From Octopus bimaculoides (Eukaryota), in NCBI RefSeq assembly GCF_001194135.2, contig NC_069001.1, positions 8,040,557 to 8,076,871 of the forward strand: 36,315 nt of DNA. Direction: 5' to 3'. Positions within the stretch are counted from its first letter, which is position 1. Each line of letters starts with the position of its first letter. Positions 1 through 12,500 of this stretch are shown here, one piece after another. Made by a program: the position numbers and the translations under genes. Under the pieces are notes generated by a model. It worked only from the letters and a program-made list of their open reading frames with translations, searched no databases and was not told where the DNA came from.

Positions 1-40
<40 letters not shown>

Positions 41-375
41 GTATACACACAGGTGTTTCAATATATATTTGAATATATATATATATATCACACCATCAAA
101 GTGACACTGGGGTAAAATATACGAAGTCCATAGCTTCATTTAGAAGCGAGTAAAATGGTGTTATGATGTTTTCATTCCTTGTTGACATTATTACAAGTCA
201 TTCTATGCTTTCAAAGGTGTGTAGAATAAACAACTTTTTACTTAAAAATAATCGCAGAGTTGCTGACAGGAAGGGTATCCAGGTGCAAAATATTGCCTTA
301 ATTAAATAAGTCCCCATCTAAACTTTACCATCAACAAATCTAGCAGCCCACTAAGTAATGGTAACCAAGACATAC

Positions 376-532
376 CCTTAACTGCTGTTTTTTCTGCCAT
401 TCTTCCAGCTCCTGTTGGTATTCAATGAGTTTCTGCTGATAACTCTCTTCATACTCCTCACGGGCCTCCTCTAACTCTTCCTCAATCTCTTGCCTCCACT
501 GCTGGTCATCTTGGTCTCGGTCCATTTCCTGC
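376..532 (-). CDS. CC2D2A: CC2D2A exon (QEMDRDQDDQQWRQEIEEELEE...EWQKKQQLR), coiled coil
   Basis: gtaaccag| and |gtatgt, 157 nt, phase 2-0. Confidence 0.88.
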
Positions 533-554
533 CTGGTTACACAACAGCACATTT

Positions 555-598
<44 letters not shown>

Positions 599-2105
599 GA
601 AGGAAGGCTATATATATATATTCTACAAGGAGAAGGACTTGAAAGTGTACGGTGTTGATGGAGAGAGATGGTGGGCTTATGACAAAAACAAGAAAAGCAG
701 GTCATACTTGCAGATAGTGAGTTTAATTGAGGTGGCCACAAACTGCTGTTTCTCTCTCAGGTGTTTGATATTCTTCCAGGTTTGAATGATGGCTTTGACT
801 AGCCTGTGGCAACATTGTTCCTCATGGTCTCTTTGGTTACGGATTTGCCTGGAGAAAAAAAAAACAAAACACAAAGTATAGACAAAATACAAAATACTAA
901 AGCAACATGATAGCACTGCCCCAGCATGGCCACATCCAATTGACTGAAACTAGTAAGAGGCTAAAAGACAAGCAGAAAAATGTTCAATTATTAATAAACT
1001 GAAGTAATTGTATGTGACTTAATGTGACAGTCTCCTGAAAGGAATACAACTACTTCATTGTATCATCATCATTATCATCATCATCATCGTTTAATGTCCG
1101 CTTTCCATGCTAGCATGGGTTGGACGATTTGACTGAGGACTAGTGAACCAGATGGCTACACCAGGCTCCAATCTGATTTGGCAGAGTTTCTACAGCTGGA
1201 TGCCCTTCCTAATGCCAACCACTCCAAGAGTGTAGTGAGTGCTTTTACGTGCCACCGGCATGAAGGCCAGTCAGACGGTACTGGCAATGGCCACGAGCAA
1301 AAGGGTGTATTTTACATGCCATCTGCACAGGAGCCAGTCCAGCGGCACTGGCAATGATCTCGCTCGAATGACTTTTCACATGCCACCGGCACTACTGCAT
1401 AAATCTGAGAGATTTAGAAATGTATTATTTCTATTAATAAACTGTTGACTAAAGTAGACCAAATCTTAGTGGCTTTTGTTGTTTAGTTGCAGGTCATCCC
1501 TGATCCAGTAGACCTATGATGAGAGACGGTCAAGCTATGACCACCCTGTCTTTTATTCTAGAACTAGATTATCTAATACTTATTATTTAATCCCAGGTCA
1601 GTCCTGACTCTATTTGTGTGTGTGAGTGCACGCATGCATGCGTCTGGATGTGTGTGTATAAAGGAAAACGAGTTAATTAATCAAAAATACTTTGCAGTAT
1701 GTAGTTCCCTCTAAGTTTTTCCCCCACTTTTCATAAGGTCACATCACCTTTCTTTTGTCCATTTTAAGGTCAATAAAATAAGTATTGCATGCTGTACTGA
1801 GGGGACATATAACTAGCTAATGTTCTTGAAGCACTAGCATAAACATAGTCCAATGACTGAAACCAGTATATAAGAGAATGCATGTGTATATATATACATA
1901 CACACACACACACACATACATACACACACAGAGTAATACATACCGTATTTCTGTTTTATAATCGTTTAATCTCTGCCTATAATTAGCTTTGTCTTCTTCA
2001 GAGAGATCCTAAGGAAAAGAAAGAGTGCATGCATGTGAATATATATGTCAGTAAGTATATATACATATGTATGAATGTAAACATATATGTGACTGTGTAT
2101 GTGTG

Positions 2106-2140
<35 letters not shown>

Positions 2141-4594
2141 AAATATATATATGCATATATGTGTGTGTGTGTGTTAATGTCTCAGTATTTGGTTGCAGAA
2201 AAATTTACCTCAATAAATTCTATCCTACCATTGTGAGCAGGGAAAAATAGACTTCAAAAAAATGACAACAATATACATACACACACACATACACGCATAC
2301 ACACACAAGCATGCACGAACACACACAAGCATGCATGAACACACACACACAATGCGAAATACTGTAGCTTGTTTATCAAGAGGATTTAGTCCAACCCACC
2401 GAATCCACCTCAACAAAGTACAGACCTACCTCTTTGCTCTGTAAATAATTTTGCAAATGTAAGGTTGAAGTCTTCACAGCTTTCAACTGAAATAAATACA
2501 AATATCATTAAGGAAAGTGAGAGTAGAGAGGGAAGTGTTGTCTTCTAGCAAATCTGTTGAAAGGTAGGTGGATGTCAGAAAAATGACCAGTATGGATGGA
2601 CCAATTCTGAGAATACACCTGTAAAAAGGAGTATAAAAAGAGAAAGGCTCTCGCCCTGTTGACCAGGCATCCGTGGTTTTTATGGGTTCTTTTCCATGAG
2701 TAACCTTCAAAGTGCCTCCCCCTATTGGGAGTTTTTACTTGTTACATTGTTCTTACTGTTATGAAATATTTATACGGATGTTTTCTTTGCAAAAAACCCC
2801 TTTGTATATCGTCTTGTGTTGTCCTTCCATGTTTTGACTTATATTAGCCCTTGTGGCTAATATAAGTAAAAAATCATGCACATAGCTTCATAACAAGGGA
2901 AAACAGTTTGGTGAATTAAAAATCAGGAATAACATACAGAGAGAAAATAGCTGTAGGTAGAGTAGGAATGTTAAAAGGGGTAAAAAGCAGCAACAGGTGG
3001 GGTAATTATGTTAGAAGGGGTAAAAAAAAGAGCAACAGGTAGGGTAGTAATGTTACAAGGGGTAAGAAAATAAATTACCTTTTTGGTAAGGAAGGATAAG
3101 CTGTTTTTCTTCATTATCTTTGAGTATTGTTGGTAGAGGGCAAGTAATTTATTGGCAAGAACATGTTCCATACTAAACAGGTGGTGTTGACTAAACACTA
3201 TACTGTTGATGTCTATGTCCAATTGGTAATGTCTGTCGTTGTCTGCACAGCCAGACATCAGACGTGTGTCGAACTCACGAACTTCAGCCTGGATAAATAG
3301 AGATAATGATGAAGGCAAATAGAGGAGTGTCAGTTGCTGGGGGTGGAGTGTTGTTTATGGGTAAAAAGTAGGAAGAGACACACACATACACACACCTATG
3401 TTTAAATGTGTTCCAGAATGATCACATTACTTTTTATTCAGACATAGTGTATCAAGAACTACATTGTCTAATGTGTCCCCCCTCCAAGTTGTTGTTTACA
3501 TCCAGGTCAACCCTGATCCACCGGACCTATCATCAATTCCTCAGACACATGGTACAGACCAAAGTTTATATTATTATTATCATTATTATCTAAGGTGGTG
3601 AACTGGCAGAATCATTAGCATGCTAGGCGAAACACTTAGTGGGATTTCATCTGTCTTCAAGTTCTGAGTTCAAATTCCACCGAGGTTGATTTTGCCTTTC
3701 ATCTTTTCAGGGTCAATGAATAAAGTACCAGTGAAACACTGGGTTTGATGTAATCAACTCATCCCTTCCCACAAAAACTGCTGCCCTTATGGCAAAATTT
3801 GAAACTATTATTATTATTATTTAAGGCAGCGGTATTTAAGTAAGTACTACGGTGAGAAGAATCGACCCAAGAACTTACAAAGTGGTGCTCCAGCATGGCT
3901 GCAGTCTAATGATTGAAACAAGTAAAAGATAAACGATAATACACACACATATATATGAGAGAAAAAGGTGTGTGTATGTGTGTGTGGAGAGAGAGATGAA
4001 TAAGTATACACACACACAGGTGCACAACCCTATAAAGTGTCATATGATGACTCACCTTGGTGTAGACGACTCCAAAATTAGAGTCCTCTTCTTCAGGGAC
4101 AGGAGGCCTTGAAGGAGTCAACTTTAAAGGGTCTGGCAAGGTGATAATTTCACCATCCTCTCCAAACCACTTTTTGTCCTGAATCACAAAAAAAGGAAAG
4201 AAAATTAATCAATTAATAGGAAAGGAAAAATCATAAGAAATAAATAAATAGACTACACATAGACACTTTGTTGAAATCATAGATGTTTTTTTTTTTTTAT
4301 TTGTCAATAGTACACTGAGTTATTTCATCATCATCATTTAATGTCCGTTGTCCATGCTGGCATGGGTTGGACGGTTTAACGAGGAATGTCAAGCCTGAAG
4401 GCTGCACCAGACTCCAGTCTGATTTGGCATGGTTTTCTACAGCTGGATGCCCTTCCTAACGCCAACCACTCCGAGAGTGTAATGGATGCTTTTATGCACG
4501 ACTGGCATTGGTGCCATTTGCATGAGCCCGGTTTTCCCCTGGACTGCGATTTTGCTCAGTTTGATGGGTCTTCTTCTCAAGTACGATGTGTATA

Positions 4595-4644
<50 letters not shown>

Positions 4645-7600
4645 TGCAAAGTCATATTTAACATGTTTGAATACATTTGGACATGATAAGACCATGCACT
4701 GTGGAACTACTGGGAGAAAATATATTCTGGGTTGTGAAGAATGTCATTGGATCTTAAGACATATGCATTTCTGTGTCTTTTCACTTTGTCAGCTATGAAA
4801 ATCAAATCTATCACTCAACACACACACAGACACACACATATATATATATATATACATACAAACATGCATATACATGCAATCCATTCCATTCACCCTCCAC
4901 TGTTCTGTTTGTCACCTCACCACATGTTTTCCTTGAATTAGGCGATGCTCCATTCGGTTGCGGTTGCTAGTAGCAACACTAGGTGGTGAACCAACATAGA
5001 ACCCCTCATCAACAAGGTTGCGTGCCTCTTTCTGGGACCCAGATAGCTTTTCTGCAGGTGGAACTGGAAAACATAGAGAGAGAAAGAGATAATGGTAAAG
5101 CAGGATATTACAATACATCATCATCATCATAGGCACAGACATGGCTGTGTGGTAAGAAGCTTGCTTCCCAACCACATAGTTTTGGGTTCAGACCCACTGC
5201 GTGACACCTCGGTCAAGTGTCTTCTACTATGGCCACAGGCCAACCAAAGCCTTGTGAGTGGATTTGGTAGACGGAAACTGTGTAAATATATATATATGTA
5301 TGTATGTATATGCTATGCTACATGGCAGTGAAACATGGGCTGTGACAGCCGAGGACATGCGTAGGCTTGAAAGAAATGAAGCTAGTATGCTTTGCTGGAT
5401 GTGCAATGTCAGTGTACATGTCTGACAGTGTGCATGTTTGAGAGAAAAGTTAGGCATAAGAAGCACCAGACGTGGTGTGCAAAAGAGACAAATGCACTGG
5501 TATGGTCATGTGATGCATACGGACAAGAACAGCTGTGTAAAGAAGTGCTGATCCCTAACTGTGGAGGGAACCTGTGATACAATAGATAATGTAGTCCTTG
5601 ATACACTATGGTTACAGCTGGAACATCTTTGATCATAGGATCAAGGCTGGATGAGGTTGGAATACAAATCCTACCTCAACTTTTTTTTAGTCACCTTTTA
5701 CAGCATGCAGGGGAAACACTGGGTCTATTCTTTGGCATGCCAGTCCCCACACAGCACAGTGGTAGCAGGAGTGAAGAAGTTTAGTACTCACTTGAGCTTG
5801 ATGACGGGTAGTAGTATATCTCTGCTTCACTCTTTACCTGTGAGGTGTAACAGATTTTTTGTGCTTTCGTCATGTGATAGTAACTGCAGCCGTCCTTCTC
5901 AGAGATGTTACCCAGAAGTGGATATGTATCTGCGGTAAATAAAAAAATAAATTTAATTTAAAAAAAACATATAAACACACACAATTAATATGGCAAAGTG
6001 GTTCAGAAGCTTACTTCTTAACCATGTGTTCTCAGATTCAGTACTGGACCAATTATCTAGCTTTCAGAAATCTGGAGTTATAAAGCAGCATTGAAATGCA
6101 GATACACACATACGCAAATGCACAAGGACAGCCAACCACATATATGCACATTCACATACAAAGGGGCCACGTTTGTTTTTAGGGAGATACATCAATGTTA
6201 TTTAAAGAATGCATTGAAAATCAAGCATACATACCTTCATAGTAACCGTTGTCAATCTGGAATAGACATAAGGATGGAGTAAATAAAGAAGGAAGAGTTA
6301 ATGTAGGTGCAAGAGCGGTTGTGTTGTCAGAAGCTTGCTTCCCAACCAGTGACAATAATGATATACATTCATCTACAAACATGTTTATAAATATACATAC
6401 ATGTATATATATACACCACACATAAACACATGTATGCACACATGCATACATACACTACAAATACTCAACAGCAAAAAGCAAGGAAAGGATAAACCAAGCA
6501 CTTACCTCATCCTCCCCCTCTTCTTCTGCCTTTGTACTGTCTTTGCTGACTCTTCTGCTTCCACCTTCCTTTCCTTTGCCCTTCTCCTTTTTTGTCTTGC
6601 CTTCTGCTTTTCCCCTGCTTCCAGCCGAAGACCTTCTTCTCTCTCCAGGCACCACTATCCCAGCCGCATCACGTATTTTCCCCTTGTTACCCCCATTGTC
6701 ATCAGGGGTGGTGGGCTTTGCAGCATCTGCTGATTGCACTGATGGTGATTCTGTCGACAGCATGGACGAACCTTCCCAAGTTTGAGTGAAGAAATCGTAA
6801 CCCTGTTTTGCTGTTATCTCTGACTGTTTCTACACCAGATCAGACCAGAATGGACCGGATCACACCAGATTGGATCAGACCAAACAGGATTTGGTCAGAC
6901 CAGTGTTGAGTTTAGGGAACAGGATTAAGGATAAGGAAATGGTTAAGCAAGGTAGTCGGAAGAACAGGAAGGGGCCAATCAGATGTGGAGAGAAAGAAAA
7001 ATGAAAAGAAAAAAGTATCAATAGACATCATATGACTGAGATAACGATAGCAAGAGAGAAGAAATTAATTATTAAAATTCATTAAATAGCATGTGATCTA
7101 TTGCTGTATTTACTGCAAAGAAACAATTTTATTGATGATATTGTTGCTAGTCTTCAACAAAAGCATACATTGGTGATTCCCAAAGTGGGTGGTACTGCAC
7201 CCCCCTGGGAGTGCAATGGGAAGATCCAGGGTGTGTTGAAGAAAAGTGGGATGATAATGGGGTGGCCCCAAAGGGGGAGTGGTCCATGTCTGTGGAGGTG
7301 AGTGGGAGGAGAGGCATCTGGGGACCAACTGGATGGCAGCCTGAAAATGTTTTAGAACCACTGGCATACTTATAGACATTTTCGTTCACACCAGCATACC
7401 AAACATATACTGGGTCCTTGAATAGGGACCATCTTGATAACATCCTTAGATGCAACATGTGGAAAAGTAATGGTATGACTTGGAGAGACTCCCTGAGCTC
7501 CAAGCTATGCACCCTGCTGAGCAATGTTACATCAGAGAAAGCCCATTTTGGTTGCTTTTTCATGGGGATACTCACCGACTGACCAATTTCAAAATAGAGT

Positions 7601-9503
7601 TTGTGTGCTGTAAGCTATTTTGATTGATGTCGTTATCTGAAGGTATTTTGATTGTCTGCTATGTCACATCTGAGGCAAAAAGTTGAGCTCCTGAGACAGG
7701 ATATATATGACTGAAGGAGTTCAGACCACATGCACACAGACATGCACAAACACTGACAATACACACACACAGATGCAGAAGTACATATACACACTCGGAC
7801 GCAGACACACACACAGACAGATGCAAACACACACACACACACACTCGCAGATGCAGAGACACACAGACACACAGATGCAGACACACACACACACACACAG
7901 ATGCAAACACACATACATACAGATGCAGACACACACACTCACAGATGCAGAGACACACAGACATACACAAATGCAGACATACACACACTCACATGCAGAG
8001 ACACAAACACACATGGATGCAGACACAAAGACACACACAGACACACAATGCACACACACTTACCTGCGCCACAGCAGAAGACTTCTGTCTCTTCCATCTC
8101 TGGAACAATTTGTCAGTCGCTTCTTTTGTCCTTCGTTCCAGTTCTCTCTCTTCTTTTTCCTGGAGACAATGAAGGGGAAGGTATAAAGAGATGAGAGAGT
8201 GGGGGTAAATAGTGACAGAGAGNNNNNNNNNNAAACAACAAAAAGAGAACTTCGAGAATCACAAGACTCCATCTTTTTTTTTGATCTTTTACGAGTTTGA
8301 GCCATTGGACTGCGGCCATGCTGGAGCACTGCCTTGAAGGGTTTTAGTTGAACAAATTGGGCCCCAGTATTTGTCATACTTATTCCAGCAGGCTCTATTG
8401 CTGAATTGCTAAATTATGAGGATGTAAACAAACTAATATTGGGAGGTGGGGAGACAAACACACACATATGGCAGTCTTCCACACAGTTTCCATCTACCGA
8501 ATTCACTCTCAAGGCATTTATTGACCAAGGGTTACAGTAGAAGACACCTGATTGAGGTGGTACACAGTGGAACTGAACCTGAAACCTACTAGTTGCAAAG
8601 CAGGTTTCCTTATAACCACACCACCATGCTCTCTCATCAACAAATTTACCAACTGATTTTAAAATAAGGCACTTATGAATCAGCGAGGGACCTTTAGCAC
8701 TCAACACTTTCAGAAACATGAGGGAGTCGATGAAGAAATCTCCAGGTGGTTAATACATCTGCTAGAAATAGCAGCTAAATCTCCACCAAATCACAAGATA
8801 AGAATAAAATATTGGGTAATGTAGCCCTAGGTACACTATGTCTGAATAGAAGACAGGACGGACAAAGATAGAATATATTTTTGCTGATGGGTGTTTGGGA
8901 TCAAGACCGACATGGGGCTGAACAAAAATAAAGAGGTAGAACATATCAAATGATGTAGACTTAATCCTAGCTATACTATGCTTGAATAAAAGATGGCAAG
9001 ATTACAGCAGAAATAACTATGATCATAGGTTTTTGCCACATCAGGACTGACCCAGGGTTAAACTACAACAATAAGAGTTACAACAAATGCAACTTACCAA
9101 ATTCGATTTAAACTGTGGTTCAAAGTGTCGTATTTTACTCATCCTTTCTTGCTGTTCCTCTTGTTGGACTTCAGACGCAGCAGCCATCTTGAACACAAAG
9201 AACAGGAGAGAAAGGTGAACTCTGTCCATGAGCACACTGTATATGTACATACATACATACATTCATATGCACATAAATAGGTATGTGTGTGTGTGTATAT
9301 GTATGTAGGCATAATTATATAGAAATAAATAGAGTGACAGAGGCAGTATTGATACCAAAAAGGTAAAATATTCACCCCTTACAAGTGAATGTTGTGTTAG
9401 AACACACAAATACTATATTTACCAAGGAAGAAAACTCTCATTTGTTTATTTGGTGCATAAAAGCACATCATAGCTATTGCCAGCAGCACACAATCACCAC
9501 TAC

Positions 9504-9550
<47 letters not shown>

Positions 9551-12500
9551 NNNNNNNNNNNNNNNNNNNNNNNNNNNNNNNNNNNNNNNNNNNNNNNNNN
9601 NNNNNNNNNNNNNNNNNNNNNNNNNNNNNNNNNNNNNNNNNNNNNNNNNNNNNNNNNNNNNNNNNNNNNNNNNNNNNNNNNNNNNNNNNNNNNNNNNNNN
9701 NNNNNNNNNNNNNNNNNNNNNNNNNNNNNNNNNNNNNNNNNNNNNNNNNNNNNNNNNNNNNNNNNNNNNNNNNNNNNNNNNNNNNNNNNNNNNNNNNNNN
9801 NNNNNNNNNNNNNNNNNNNNNNNNNNNNNNNNNNNNNNNNNNNNNNNNNNNNNNNNNNNNNNNNNNNNNNNNNNNNNNNNNNNNNNNNNNNNNNNNNNNN
9901 NNNNNNNTATATATATATATATATATATATATTAATAAATCACAGGGTAGCAAAAAATTTTAGAAATTTTATTTACTACCAGTGGTCTAGCGAGAATATA
10001 TATATACATATATTCTAAAAATTTGATAATGATGAGAATATACATATGGTACAAAAAAGATAAAGACAAGGTGAAAGAACAACAAACAGGGTGAATTAAG
10101 TTGGGGCTCAGGAAAAATGGAAGAAATCTTTAATATTTCGAGCCCATGCTCTTTTGCAGTAAGAACAGATGAGGAGAGAAAAAGAAAAAACATATCTGAT
10201 TTCAAACCTGAGGACTTGTTTCCTTGATAGTCCAAGTTTACCTGCATCTTGATGTTAATTCAGTCAACTAAAGAAGAAGGAATATTACTTGGTGGAAGAT
10301 GGAAGAAGGAAAAAAGCAATGAGGAGAATGCAGTAGAGTATGGTGGTAATGTGAGAGCTGCTGTAGTTGTACCTTACCTTTGCCTTCTCTCGCAGTGACT
10401 TGATTTTGTCTCTGATGGTTGATCTGCTCAATACCATATCCATTGCTTCATCACCATCATCCTCCTCCGCTTCCTCCTGCTCCTCGTCCTCGTCCTCGTC
10501 CTTCTCATCATCATCACCAGGTGCACCATTTTTGCTGTGTCTCTTGTCAACTTCATCGCTTTCAGAATCTGAAAAGATGATAATGATGAGAATATAACAG
10601 ACGTAAATGACTCCATATTCTGTGAAGCTTCTGCTGCTGTAGAAATCCTTGGAGTTAAAGAAGCTGAGTAGAACAAAAGAGCAAAGATCCTATGGCGAAA
10701 AAGGTAAATTGAGCAGCTCAATGAAGGGCCTGAAAGGATAACTGCTGTAACTAAAAAGATGGTGAAGGAAAGAAATAGGGATGATTCCAAAGAAAGTATA
10801 ACATCAGACAGAGAGAGCCTGCCAAAGAAGAAAGAAAAGCAAATAAAATTAAAGCAAAGATCAATAAGAAAATAATGATGTTTTGTAATATTTGGATTAT
10901 CTCATAGAGAAAGAGAAACGGTAGAAAATTGGGTGGGTATTTTTCCTTCACTTTTTTGATATTCTTGTGTTTCATAAAACAAGAATTATGATTCTGAAAG
11001 AATGTTCTTCTGAAAATTTCAATTTTTCACAGTTTGGATTCCTCCCACCACATCCCATGTCATAGGAAGATCAACAGTTTTTTTTTCTTTAGAAAAGATA
11101 AGAATACTATCAGTTTCTTAGAAAAACTGCTGAGATCCTTGGAAGTTAAACTGAAGTGTAGAAGTGAATCATGAGAAAATGTGAAAATCCAGAGGGGAAT
11201 ATTTCAAGGAGACTTGTCTTCTCCATTACTTCCTGTGTTCAAATTGATTCAAATTAATTCAGACCAGGGAGAAAATGAATCATCTGCTACATATGGATGA
11301 CCTCAAACTATACACAGAAACTTAAAAAGACCTGGATTCTCTTGTTCAAGCAGTAAGAATATTTAGCAAGGAAATTGATGTGTAGTAATAATTATGAAGA
11401 GACACCAAAAGGTAATATTTAATAGTATTTGAACAGAGAATAACAGAAACATGTTCCTAAGGATGCTGTTACATCACAGTTGTTATGTCACTGCAACACA
11501 CTGCTTACCTGTTGTCTTAGAAAGTTCCTCTGAGTTTTTCTTCTGCAGAGATCTATCTGTAGCATTCGTTTCCTCTTCATTGGCTCCGGCTTCAATCCTC
11601 ATCTTCTGCTTCTGCTTTGATCCATCCCGAGGTCTTGGCACAGGTTTGCCATCTGCATTTTGCTTGACAACTCCTTCTTTTTCTGAATCGTCAGTGAGGT
11701 TTTTCGATGAGGCACTTACTGACGATGTGGCACTGTAACTCGTGCTGAGGGGTTGGGAACTTAATGATGACCTGCTGTTTTCGTTGAGAGCCTTACGACT
11801 CCGTTGCTTCACAGACCGAACTTCGTCCGACAGTCTCTCCAACGATTCCGGTGTTGTCTGAGAAAGCTGAAGAATTTTGAAGCAGTAAACGAAACAATGA
11901 GAGGTGAAATGACAGTTCAATCTATCTCAATAAAAGTTCTGATCAAATAATGAACAGATTTGTGGGTTTTACAGGAAATGGAAATGGTCAAGACATGATA
12001 ATACTAAAAAGTGCTTTAGTTGCACATCTATTTTGATGTGAAGATTCTATAGTCATATGTCATTTAGCACGAGGGCCAGTCAGGCGGTTCTGGCAACAAC
12101 CACGCTCAAAAGGTGTTTTTTACATGTTACTTGCACAGGAGCCAGTCCAGCAGCACTGGCAACGACCATACTCGAATGTTGTTTTTCACGTGCCGCCGAC
12201 ATGTGTTGGTAAGGCAATGCTGGCAACAATCATGCTTGAATGGTGCTTTTTACATGTCACTGGCACAGGAGCCAATCCATGGCCCTAGCAACGATCACAT
12301 TTGGATGTGCTTTTAACGTTCCACTGGCACAAGTGCCAATCAGGCGATACTGTCATCGGCCACATCAGCGATTTTGATTTTGATTTCACTTGCCTCAATA
12401 GGTCTTTGCATGCACAATTGTCATAAATCAGGCTTTCAAGTTTAGATCAAATAGTTTCACTGTATTGTGATTTTCAGTGAAAATAGAAAGTTAAGAGGGA

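Noticed and set aside
7576-7607. 32-nt microexon using the ttacag acceptor
   Set aside because: Would frameshift CC2D2A to an immediate stop; no support beyond splice-like motifs
7633-8194. Several 75-159 aa ORFs (CVCV.., THTH..) on both strands
   Set aside because: Translations of the CA-rich minisatellite; the same applies to the YIYI/CVCV ORFs over other (TA)n and (CA)n tracts
9385-9963. Long ORFs spanning 9551-9907 and 19765-20094
   Set aside because: Open only because of N runs
10428-10790. 120-aa minus-strand ORF and 76-aa plus-strand Ser-rich ORF
   Set aside because: Off-frame and antisense shadows of the acidic CC2D2A exon plus pyrimidine-rich intron
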